From Nageia nagi (taxonomy: Eukaryota; Plantae; Pinophyta): 64,000 nucleotides of DNA. The DNA lies in assembly GCA_050084985.1 (NCBI GenBank), contig JBITNC010000001.1:163928001-163992000 (forward strand). The letters are read 5' to 3'. The notes beneath the pieces were generated by a model. It ran no database searches and had not been told where the DNA came from. It worked only from the letters and a program-made list of their open reading frames with translations. This document shows, in pieces, positions 1 to 11,160 of the stretch; the first letter of the stretch is position 1, and each line of letters opens with the position of its first letter. The translations under genes and the position numbers were made by a program.

Positions 1-1985
1 CAGACTGCGTTTCCCTGATGCATGGTGTCGACAGCCACAGTTTCTTGGATTGTAAATGCATGATGCAAACCACGAATTCCATGGACTGTAAATGCCCGTA
101 GGATAAGCACAAAACGGCTACGTTGCAAGGCTTCTCCCATTGTTTGACAAGCTGCCTGCTTCGGACACAGTTTCCTGCACTGTAATGATAGCCGAATCTG
201 CACAAACTGGATCCAATCTTGTTCCATGCACTGGTCGACGGATATGCATGCAACCAAATGATAGACTGCCATGTTCATAGGATATGCACGAAACCTGCAT
301 GTGGTCAGTGGAATGTTCACTGACCCCCTTCGTGGCTATATAAGGCTTCACGAAATGCATTTTTTACTTATTGTTTTGACTTTTAATCCCTACCACCTCC
401 GCCCGCGCTTCTGCCGCCCCGCTAGTCTGCGTTGGCTCACCCCTACCCACACGTTTACCGCCTCCTCGCCGACTTTGGCCCCTAGGAGCCTTTGGTCACT
501 CGCCTGCCTCAATTTTTTTTGTTTCACACATCACTTTGAGGTGTTTATTTTTTTTTATCTCTCTTCCCTCTTAAAACATTTTTTTCCTCTCCTTACCATT
601 AAAATAACTACAAGCATTAATTTCAGTCAAACCTAGTTGGATAAAAGTTTTTCCAAAAAGGAGGCTAATTTAAAACTACTTGCATATTTTCAATGCACCA
701 TTGGCAACGTATACTCTCATTGGTGAGAAGAAAAAGGGGGGGAGTCATATTTTTCAACCCCAAAGCATTTAATTGTTTATTGACTTAGGAATTTTTTTAA
801 TCCATAAGGTAGACAAAGCATTACCAAGCATTTAAAATAGGAGTATGGGTCTCCTATTCCAACTTGCACACTTATTCTTCTTAGGCATTTTTTTTTTTTC
901 CTTGCTTCCAAGTCAATTGCTCCCATTAAATGCCCTTAGGAGTACTTAGACTATTTCTAATATTCTACTCCCCATTGCATGTTTAATTTAAGTGCAAATG
1001 CAATCTCTAAGCATAGTTAAAAGGGATAAAACTTTAAGTAACAAGGGGGGGCCTTGGTATAATTTTTTTTTACTTAAATTTTATCTAGATGTTGCATATG
1101 ATGCATGTATCTTATTTGAAGAATAAAACATGCTTAGGACTTAAATTTTTAATGCATGATGCATGCTTACTTAAATTTTTAAGTCGTGATATACTAAGTA
1201 GGACTTAGTTCTTTGTTTAATTCATTAAGTGCTTGAATAAATTAAGAAAAATATGAACAATGTAAAAGTCCTTTAGGGGTTAGAACAAAACCCATTGGAC
1301 TCAATTTTTGGCCTCTTAAGGTTTCAAGTTTGTGTGGATGGAGTATTTTTCACTTTACTTTATATTTTTTGCACATTTGCTTATAGTTGCAATACGCAAA
1401 AATGTGAAAAGTAACCCCTAAAATGAATACATCCGCACGTATTTTCCACAACATGACTTGTTTGGGGAGCCATGAGGTGAGGACAGGGCAGACTGGAGCC
1501 CTTTTAGTCCGAAGAACTGAGTGGTGGTAAGTCCGTCTTAATTTCCCCTAAGACCTCTGTTGGATTGGACATAACTCTATTAGGTGGACAGGCATGTGTG
1601 TAGTGATACCACATGTCCGCACGTCCATTTAGGGATTATCCTGATAACCTAGGAGGAAAACTGAAACCCTTAATCAAGATAATTAAAATGGTCGGTCCAA
1701 GATACATCAGATCCTTGGAAAATAGTAGGTACTTCTCCTTGTGAGAGTATATCACTGACCAAGGTGAACTGGTTGAGGACTAGTAGTACCTGGGCTCCAC
1801 CTTGCGGGCATCCAGGTGAAGGCCTAATTCTATACAAGAAAACAACCCCAACTTTATCCTTCTATAGATCGTGGTGAATGAGTTTACACATGTGGGACAT
1901 GCTTGCTTATTAGATGTTTTATATGTATAGATGGAAAAATTGTAAAAGTTTGCATTCTTATTTGCATATTTTTTTTTTTGTAGCA

Positions 1986-4900
1986 ATGGTTGAAACCTTC
2001 GTTCCCAAGCACATACTCGATGGTTTCAACTTTGGAATATGGGAACCACGTATGAAAGCCGAGTTACAAGCAAGATAGCTGTGGCAGACAGTTAGTGAAG
2101 ATGCGGTTGCTCCTACCGATGAGAAGGCTCTTGAAGTATACAACTCAAAGAATGAGTTAGCAACTTCTATGATTTACCGTGCAGTTTCAGATGATGTCCT
2201 TCTCATGATTTCTTCATCAACTTCAGCAAAGGAAGCTTGGGATAGGTTAAAGAAAATCTACCTTGGGTCCAAATTTTTAAGGAGGTTTACCATTCTACAA
2301 AAGTTGTTGCAGTATCGACAAAGTGAAGATGAAAGTGCCTCCATCTACTTAAACAAAATCATTGACCTCAGGACACAACTGGTTGGTTGTGGGTGCAACT
2401 GGATCAATGATGAGTTCATGGTCTTCATCATTCTACAAAGCCTTACTACAAAGTTCAGCAACTTTGTCACAGTTATGGAAACAAGGCTCGATGATGAAGA
2501 AGATGTCATCTCACTTGATAACCTTTCAAGACTTCTTCTAAAGCATGAGGAAACTTTGAACAAGAAAATGTTGAACCTTTCTCCAAAGGACCATAGCATT
2601 GCTCTAGGAGCAACCAAAACTCCTTTCAAGAAAAAGTTCAAACATTACAAATTCAAAGACAACAAGTCCTCATCTACCTTCAGGAAGTATGATAAAAAGG
2701 GCAACAACAACAACAATCATGGCAACTACAAGCACAGAAATGATAAACCAGGATCCAGCAATCCAACACTTCAGGAAAAGTTTGATGGGAATTGTAACTT
2801 CTGTGGCATCTTTGGGCACAAAGAGTATGATTGTCGCAAAAAGAAATTTGCTCAAAAAGGAAAGGGAAATGCAAATATGAGAAATTTCAATAATAAAAAG
2901 AAGAACAAGCATGTTTCTTCTGTTGCCTACTACTCAATGACTCAAACTATTTCAAATGATTGGATTGTTGATACAGGATGCACTAATCACATGTGTTATG
3001 AAAAAGATAAGTTTGAAAACTTTCATAAGTACAAAAAGGATGCAGTTGTGATAGGTGATAATACAATCCTTGATGTTCACGGAATAGGAAGTGTGAAGAT
3101 TCATGGAAAGACTCTTGACAATGTCTTTTATGTGCCTAAACTAAGGATGAATCTCATCTCCGTAATTCAAATTACAAGGAAAGGATGCTCATTTGAGTTT
3201 ACCTCACACTCTTGGTATGTTAAGAAAGGACTTGCCACTTTGATGAAAGGATCAGTAAAGAATGACCTTTATATTGTGGATCAAGTACCTTCAAAGATTT
3301 GTCTTGCTACAAATGTTTGTTCAAAAGGTAATCTTTGGCATCAACGATTAGGACACCTTAACCACAAGAGTATTCAAGCCATGAAAACTCAAGAACTTGT
3401 GGAAGGTTTACCTAATATTTCACCCACAGTTGGTCTTTGTGAAAGGTGCATTCTAGGAAAGATGCATAGGCAAAAGTTTGAAAAAGATAAGGCAACTCGG
3501 GCTTCTTGTCCTCTTCAACTTGTGCATTCAGATTTGATGGGTCCTTTTCAGACTAAGTCACTAGGTGGAGCTTCTTATGTTCTGACCTTCATTGATGACT
3601 TCAGTAGGATGACATTTGGTTATCTACTTGAGCACAAGGATCAAACTTTTGACAGGTTTCAAGACTTCAAGGCACTTGTTGAAAATCAAACTGATTTTAA
3701 GATCAAAATGCTGAGATCTGACAATGGGGGTCAATATAATAGCAATGAGTTTAACGACTTTTGTGTTAAACATGGGATTAAGTGACAATTCACAATCCCT
3801 TACACCCCTCAGCAAAATGGAGTTGCTGAAAGGAAGAATCGCACCATTATAGAAATGGCAAGATGCATGTTGGGTAACCTTCCTAGTTTCTTATGGGGCG
3901 AAGCTGTTCACACTGCTATTCACACCCTAAATAGGTGTCCTACTAAGGCAGTTGAAGGTAAAACTCCATATGAAGCATGGACAGGAAAGAAACCTAACCT
4001 CTCACACTTCAGGGTCTTCGGTTGTGATGCATTTGCCTTCATTACCTCAGACAAAAGAAAGAAGCTCGATAAACGATCAGAAAAATGCATCTTTGTGTCT
4101 AGGGATGTTAAGTTCAATGAACTTTCTGAGGATACGACCTCTCGTGCTGAAGTATCTGATACAGATGATTCTTCGCCTGCACCTAACTGGTTGGATGAGC
4201 ATGTAGAGAAGTCACCACAAGAGCAACATTCTCCAGCACAGAGAATTACAAGAAGTATGACCTTGAATAAATCCTTATTTGCCAAAATTGATAATATGCA
4301 TGAGCCATCAACCTTCAAAGAAGCTTCCAAGCAAGAGTGTTGGATGGAAGCTATGAAAGTTGAGTATGAGGCTCTCATGAAAAATGAAACTTGGGATTTG
4401 GTTCCTTATCCCAATGAGAAAAATGTGATTTGTAATAAATGGATATACAAGGTCAAGTACAATTCTGATGGAAAAATTGAAAAATACAAGGCAAGGTTAG
4501 TAGCCAAAGGATTCGCTCAGAAATATGGTATTGATTATGAGGAAACCTTTGCTCCTGTAGCCAAGATGCCTACTGTCAGAATAATTCTTGCTCTTTCTAC
4601 AGCTCAAGGATGGAAAGCTTTTCAACTTGATGTCAAAAGTGCATTTCTCAATGGTGACTTAGATGTTGAAATCTACATGAATCAACCAGAAGGATTTATT
4701 CCAAAAGGAAAAGAGTCTCTTGTGTGTAAGCTAAAGAAGTCTTTGTATGGACTTAAGCAAGCACCTAGAGCATGGTACAAGAAAATTTCAGGATTCTTTG
4801 CAGATATTGGTTTTTCCAAGTGCTTCTCAGATTCAGATCTATATGTACTCAATCAAGGAAAAGACGTGGTCATAATTCTCCTTTATGTGGATGATCTTCT

Positions 4901-5873
4901 CATCACAGGCAATAATATTGCAATCATCCAAGAGTGCATCTCCAAACTCAAGGCAACATTTGAAATGACTAATCTAGGTCTATTGCATTACTATCTTGGG
5001 ATGCAAGTATACCAACACAACGATTGTACTTATCTTAGTCAATCTAAGTATATATCAGACATCTTACAAAAGTTTGGAATGGAAGAGTGTAAATATGCTG
5101 CAATACCTGTTTCTCCTGGAATCGTTGTATCACTGAGCTCAGATTCTCAGTTGGCTGATGCTACAACTTATAGACAATTGATTGGTAGTCTTCTGTATCT
5201 GACTATCTCTCGTCCTGATATTGCCTTTGCAGTGAATCTCATGGCACGATTCATGCAAAAACCATATGTTGAACACCTCCATGCTGTTAAGCAAATCTTG
5301 AGGTATGTCGCAGGGACAAAGGATCTTGCTCTTAAGTATTCCAAAGTGCCCTCAATTGTTCTCTCAAGGTTCTCAGATTCTGATTATGGGGGAGATAGAG
5401 ATGACAAAAAATCAACCTCTGCATATGTGTTTAGCATTGGTTCAGGTGCTATCTCTTGGGCTTCCAAGAAGCAACCTACTGTGACTCTTTCTACCACCGA
5501 AGCTGAATATCGAGCCATGTCTGTTGCCGCCCAAGAAGCTATTTGGCTAAGACATCTTCTGAATGAAATTAGGTATACGCAAAATGGCCCATCTCTTATT
5601 TCGTCAGACAATCAATCGGCTATCTCTTTGGTTAAGAATCCTGTGTTCCATCAGCGAACCAAACATGTCGAAATCCAAGCTCATTTTATCAGGGAGAAGG
5701 TTCTAGATGACATCATACACTTGCAGTATTGTTCATCTACTGAAAACTCCGCTGATTTGTTCACCAAGCCCCTTCCTGAAGCTCAGTTCTGCAAGCTTAG
5801 GGATTCTCTCGGGTTGGTGAAGTTGCCCTCAAGGGGAGTGACGTTTAAACTTTTGTCAGTGATGACAACTTAG
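1986..5873 (+). pseudogene. Copia gag-pol polyprotein, a single frame broken by two nonsense codons (TAG 2076-2078, TGA 3783-3785) and an in-frame deletion in the integrase C-terminus
   Basis: ATG 1986 is in frame with ORFs 2169..3785 and 3855..5873. Motifs: zinc knuckle CNFCGIFGHKEYDC, protease WIVDTGCTNHM, GAG-pre-integrase LWHQRLGH, integrase VHSDLMGP/LRSDNGG/PQQNGVAERKNR, RT LYVDDLLITG, RNase H SDSDYGGDRDDKKSTS. Confidence 0.95.
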
Positions 5874-5921
5874 TGATGACAACTTCACCTCTAAGAGGCC
5901 TTTTTTGATTGTACATTCTAG

Positions 5922-6198
5922 ACCTCCGTGGTAAGTTTGCTCTGCGTGACAAACTTGTACAATTATTGTTATAGAGTGTTGATTATTTTATACCTCAGTG
6001 GTAAGTTTGCTCTGCGTGACAAACTTGTTGTACATTTTATACCTCCGTGGTGAGTTTGTTCTGCGTGAGAAACTTATTGTACAAATTTTGAGCATGTAAT
6101 TAATATACCTCCGTGGTAAGTTCGCTCTGCGTGACGAACTTGTTGTACATTCTATACCTCCGTGGTGAGTTTGCTCTACGTGAGAAACTCGTTGTACA
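5922..6198 (+). repeat. Five-copy ~40-nt hairpin repeat array in the Copia 3'UTR
   Basis: ACCTCCGTGGTRAGTTYGYTCTRCGTGASRAACTY starts at 5922, 5992, 6041, 6107 and 6156. Confidence 0.95.
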
Positions 6199-6682
6199 AT
6201 TTTATGCTCTATTTTAAATCAACACATGTCTATATACAACAGGTGACTATGAGTGATGGCTTGGCATCTCCGTGATGGCTTATAGTGCACCATTGATCAG
6301 TTATTTATAAGATGGCATTATTTGATTCTCTTATTTGAATATATGATGCATCTAACTGATTTTGTTCATGAGTTGCTTGTAGCATGCAGGATCTTCTTTA
6401 GAAATGCAGGTTACTCACCTTGTGAAAGCAAGCTCATGGAGACTCACATGTCAGCTTAAAGTTGATCGACTACTATGTACAGTGAAACCAGTTGTGGTTA
6501 ATGATTGTATTGTAAACCATTTTTGTCAAATGGTAATGTAGTGAGTCTCATACTAGTTCTCAAAAAGATTCTCAAAATATGTAAAAGTTCTCATCTCCAC
6601 TTGTATCTCTATGGAGGAGAACTCTCTCTTACTCTCTCTCTTCTCTCTTCTACGCTCTATCCCAATATTGCATTAAGGGGAG

Positions 6683-7172
6683 TGTTAGAATTTGTAATGA
6701 AATATTGTGAATATCTAAACTCCTTGTTAAATTCAATTAATCACTTAAAGGTATGTAGATACCTTAAGTGATTAATAGAATTCTTTAATATGTAGACTTT
6801 GACTTTACCAAAGGAGTTAGTTGGTAGGTTGAAGTTTGGTGGTACATTTAATGTAACCCTAACCTTACCCTTGGGTTAAAGGAAGGTTAGGGAGGTGCTC
6901 TCAACCTATAAATAGAGGGCCTCTCCTCATGTAAACATATCTAAGTTTTGAGTAAAATTACTCTACTTGGTTGTGTAGGAGAGAGCTAGAGAATAGTTGT
7001 AAGAGAGACATAGATTTGAGAATAAGAGAACTAGTTGTGGATGTACTCCCAAGGAGGGAGGAACCACATTATATTGATGTGTTATCTTGAGTGATTGTGT
7101 TATCTTGTGTACACTTGAGTTTCCTAGTCTAAGGTCCTAGAGGATTTGTTTAGATCTAATTCAAATCCTTCA
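6683..7172 (+). repeat. 3' LTR of the Copia element (~490 bp)
   Basis: Starts TGTTAG directly after the PPT, contains CTATAAATAGAGGG (TATA) at ~6906, and ends AATCCTTCA like the related LTRs nearby. Confidence 0.8.
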
Positions 7173-7338
7173 TAGCCTTGGGTAGCAAGAAACAGTCCTA
7201 GCTCTTGTAATACATGGAGGAGCCATACAGTTGGACTTTATGACAAGTTATGGAGCATTTTTTCATCCCTTGAATACATACTTGATCTAGGATGCATCGA
7301 GTTGTAGAAAATTACTTAAAGATTACTTATGATGGAAT

Positions 7339-8397
7339 TGAAGGATTCCATAACCAAGATCACCTTGAAGGATTTCATAGATCTCCAACACAAGAAACAT
7401 AATTTCATACACAATTAGACACACCATATATAGTGGTTCCTCCATCATGGGAGTACATCCACTTGAACCATCTTTTCTATTATTTCTCACAAGTGAACTC
7501 TCCTACAAATCCTAAAAAAATCTTCTACAAGAATTCTCCTACAAAATTCTTACAAAAGCATTCCTACAAATCTACAAGACTAGTATTTTCATGCTTCTCC
7601 AAGTGTGTAATCTCAAGGAGAGGGCCCTCTATTTATAGATAAAAATCCTCCCTTGGATCATCCTATTAACTATTGTATAATGTCATGACATGCATCACCC
7701 TTTTATCCAAGGGGCATTCTCATTAGATGGAGTGTAGGATAAGTTATATTATGATATTCACTAAATACTTAAGGTATCTAGGGATACCCTTAAAAATTAA
7801 GTGAATTACATTAAGAGACTTTACAATAATGCATTATAAATTTTAACACTCCTCCTTAATGCAATATTTGGGTAATAACTTGAGAAGACGTAGAGAGAAA
7901 GAGTAAGAGAGTTCTCCTCCATAAGAATACAATTGAAGATGAGAGCTTATGAGAAAGTAATAGAATTTAAATATTTTTATAAGGCTCGACTACTTAACCT
8001 TTTGAACAAATGGTTTACATTACAATCATTAACCATAAATAGTTTCAATGTACAAGTAGTAATCATTCAATAAGTTGACATGATGAGCTCTCACGAGCCT
8101 GCATACCCAAAGTAAGTAACTTGTAAGTGACAAGCAACTTATAACAAAACTAGTAAGATACATCATTAAACACATATGTGCAACATCAAAGATGAAATAC
8201 ATCATAAACTATGATAGCTAAGAATATCACATGTGTATACTAACAAGGAATGATATATCATATCATATGTGCAGTATAAATATCCAAATATGCATAATGT
8301 CAAATGCACTATCAACCAAGTGATGCACTATCAAACAAGGATATATGAAATATCCACAAGTGCACAACATGATCACCAATCATCATAAAAAATAAAT
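7339..8397 (-). mobile_element. Related Copia 3' end (3'UTR + PPT + LTR 7339-7848), in reverse orientation
   Basis: The reverse complement of ~7843-7874 (CCCAAATATTGCATTAAGGAGGAGTGTTAA) matches 6661-6688. The LTR ends in AATCCTTCA at 7339. Confidence 0.8.
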
Positions 8398-8445
8398 GCT
8401 TTTTACTTTTATTTATTTTAGATCATTATTTGTGTTTATTTTTTA

Positions 8446-9300
8446 TATGAAGATGTCATCATATCATAGCATTTCCTTACTCCCTCGTGATGACGACATC
8501 ACCTATCAAATACTTATGTGACCATGTTACTTTAACCCTACCATAAATCATCAAATGCGAATTTGATAGAAAACGATCACTTGCAATGCATAAGCCACAT
8601 GTCAAATATTCATAAGTTCCTATTTATTTACAAACATTTGAGTTGGATGTTTAAGTTCTCTTTTAACATTATTATAGCATAGATGAAGAACAAGCTATAA
8701 TATGTAAACTTGACTATGACACTAGTCAAGATGCATAAGCTATAAAATGCTAAATTGACTATGCTACTAGTCAAAATGCATATAATGGAATAAGGTAGCA
8801 TTAATCTAATAACATAGATTCAAATTCCATAAAAAAATTGTAATTTTTGAGAAGTAAAAATATTTTTAACCACTTCAACAATAAAGATGGATATTCTTCC
8901 ATCAACAAGCAAATAATATGACATCCATCCATAAATATGGGTATTTCTCCATCAACATGGAAGCAAACAATATGGCATCCATCCATAAAAAGTAGGGTTA
9001 AAACCAAGTTATCTTGTAATTTGAGGAAAAGATGAACTTTATACTTTTGATTAAAACTCTTAATCATTAATTTTGCTTTATATTTCTCAACTTTACCTTT
9101 TGAGTTGAACTTAACCCATTTTTTATCAAGTTGGCATTTGATGATTTATGACACTTATGCATCTTTGACATGTGGCTTATGCATTGCATGTGATTTTTTT
9201 TATCAAGATGATATTTGTTGATTTATGGATGGTTAAGGTAACATGATCACATGAGTATATGATAGGTGAATTTGACATGATATAATGATACCTTCATATA
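8446..9300. mobile_element. Non-coding element with long (~140-160 bp) imperfect terminal inverted repeats (MULE/MITE-like)
   Basis: 8446-8606 (...TGCAATGCATAAGCCACATGTCAAA) is the reverse complement of 9164-9300 (TTTGACATGTGGCTTATGCATTGCA...). Internal tandem duplications lie at ~8693-8780 and ~8880-8990. Confidence 0.65.
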
Positions 9301-10175
9301 TAGTAGTTTCTCTATCATGGGAGTACATCCACTTGAACCATTTTGTCTATTATTTCTCACAAGTGAACTCTCCTATAAATTCTCAAAAATATCCTACAAA
9401 ATTCTTATAAAAACATTCTTATAACTCTACAAGACTAGCATTTTCATGCTTCTCCAAGTGTGTAATTTCAAGGAGAGGGCCCTCTATTTATTATCCAAAA
9501 TTCTCACTTGGATCACCTTATTAACCATTGTATAATGTCATGACATGCATCACCCTTTTACCTGAGGGTTATGCTCATGAGATGGAGTGTAGGATAAGTT
9601 ATATTATCATATTCATTAAATACTTAAGGTGTCCAAGGTAATAAGTGAATTACATTAAGATCCTTTATAATAATTCATTATAAATTCTAACACTCCTCTT
9701 TAATGCAATATCAAGGTAGAGAGTTGAAAAGACAAAGAGATAAATAGTAAGAGAGTTCTCCTCCCTAATAATACAAGCAAAGATGAGAACTTGTAAGAAA
9801 GTAATAGAAATTAGATGGTTCTACAAGGCACAACTACTTAACCATTTTAACAAATGGTTTACAATACAATCATTAACAATAAATAATTTTAATGTACAAG
9901 TAAGTAACCTACAATCTCTAAAAGAAGTCTACAAACTACAAGCAACTTATAACAAAATCAGTGAGATACATCATTAAACACATATGCACAACATAAAAGA
10001 TGACATACATCATCAACTATGATATCTAAGAATATCACATGTGTATACTAACAAGGAATGATATATCATATTGTATATGCAACATAAATATCCAAATGTG
10101 CATAATTTCAAATACACTATCAACCAAGTTATGCACTATCAAACAAGGATATATGAAATATCCATAAGTGCACAA
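9300..10175 (-). mobile_element. Second reverse copy of the LTR (partial, to 9692) + PPT + 3'UTR
   Basis: Colinear with ~7428-8365. The PPT/LTR junction is TTCTAACA|CTCCTCTTTAATGCAATAT at 9692. Confidence 0.8.
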
Positions 10176-10191
10176 AATCAAATGATTGAAT

Positions 10192-10700
10192 CGAAGGATT
10201 CCATAACCAAGATCACCTTGAACGATTTTATAAATATTCAACACAATAAACACAATTTCATGCATAATGAGACACACCATATATAGTGGTTCCTCCATCA
10301 TGGGAGTACATCCAATTGAACCATATTTTCTATTATTTCTCACGAGTGAACTCTCCTACAAATTCTCAAGAATTCTTCTACAATAATTCTCCTACAAAAT
10401 TCCTACATGAACATTCCTACAACTCTATAATACAAACATTTTTATGCTTCTCCAAGTGTATAATCTCAAGGATAGGGTCCTATATTTACAGGACAAAATG
10501 ATCCCTTGGATCACCTTATTAACTATTATACAATGTCATGACATGCATCACTATTTTACCCAAGGGGCATGCTCATGAGATGGAGTGTAGGATAATTTAT
10601 ATTATCATATTCACTAAATACTTAAGGTATCTAGGGACACCCTTAAGTATATAAATGAATTACATTAAGAGCCCTTATAGTAATGCATTATAAATTCTAA
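10192..10700 (-). repeat. Third reverse copy of the same LTR
   Basis: Colinear with 7339-7846 (GAAGGATTCCATAACCAAGATCACCTTGAA...TAATGCATTATAAATTCTAA). Confidence 0.8.
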
Positions 10701-10714
10701 TGTACTTCAATATT

Positions 10715-11160
10715 TATTTATTTTTAATTATGATTGGTGATCGTGTTGTGTACTTGTGTATATTTCATATATCTTGTTTGATAGTGCCTCACTTGGTTGA
10801 TAGTGCATTTAACATTATGCATATTAGATATTTATATTGCACATATGACATGATATATCAGGCCTTGTTTGTATATACATGTGATATTCATAAATATCAT
10901 AGTTGATGATGTACAGCATCTTTGATGTTGTGCATATTTGTTTAATGATGTATCTAATTGGTTTTGTTATAAGCTGCTTGTAGCTTGCAAGTTTCTTCTA
11001 GAGATTGTAGGTTACTTGCTTTGGGTATGCAAGCTCGTGGAAGCTTATAATATCAACTTTTTGGATGATTACTACTTGTATATTGAAATCATTTACAATT
11101 AATTATTGTATTGTAAACTATTTGTTAAAATGGTTAAGTAGTTGAGCATTGTAGAACCAT
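10715..11160 (+). repeat. Forward copy of the Copia-related 3'UTR segment, inverted relative to ~7980-8397 and ~9815-10175
   Basis: TGATTGGTGATCGTGTTGTG...TGGTTAAGTAGTTGAGC is the reverse complement of the 8-kb and 10-kb copies and resembles ~6340-6545. Confidence 0.75.

Larger units (their letters stand above)
1..7172 (+). mobile_element. Ty1/Copia LTR retrotransposon: long 5' leader, gag-pol, extended 3'UTR, PPT and 3' LTR. The 5' LTR and PBS are not in the window.
   Basis: Domain order is gag-PR-IN-RT-RH. The PPT TTAAGGGGAG at ~6673-6682 is followed by TGTTAG...CCTTCA. Confidence 0.93.

Noticed and set aside
118-636. Short ORFs 118..360 and 271..636, and most other 60-150 aa ORFs in the track
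   Set aside because: They have no recognisable motifs and lie in LTR, UTR or intron DNA, or antisense to real ORFs.
3783-3791. Programmed readthrough at TGA-CAA-TTC (resembles the TMV CARYYA context)
   Set aside because: The stop lies inside the integrase core where Arg is expected (KRQFT), not at a gag/pol boundary. CGA-to-TGA deamination explains it.
5922-6198. CRISPR array call for the hairpin repeats (also for 39625-41455)
   Set aside because: The context is a eukaryotic retroelement with no cas genes. Spacers are irregular in length and partly duplicated, and the repeats vary.
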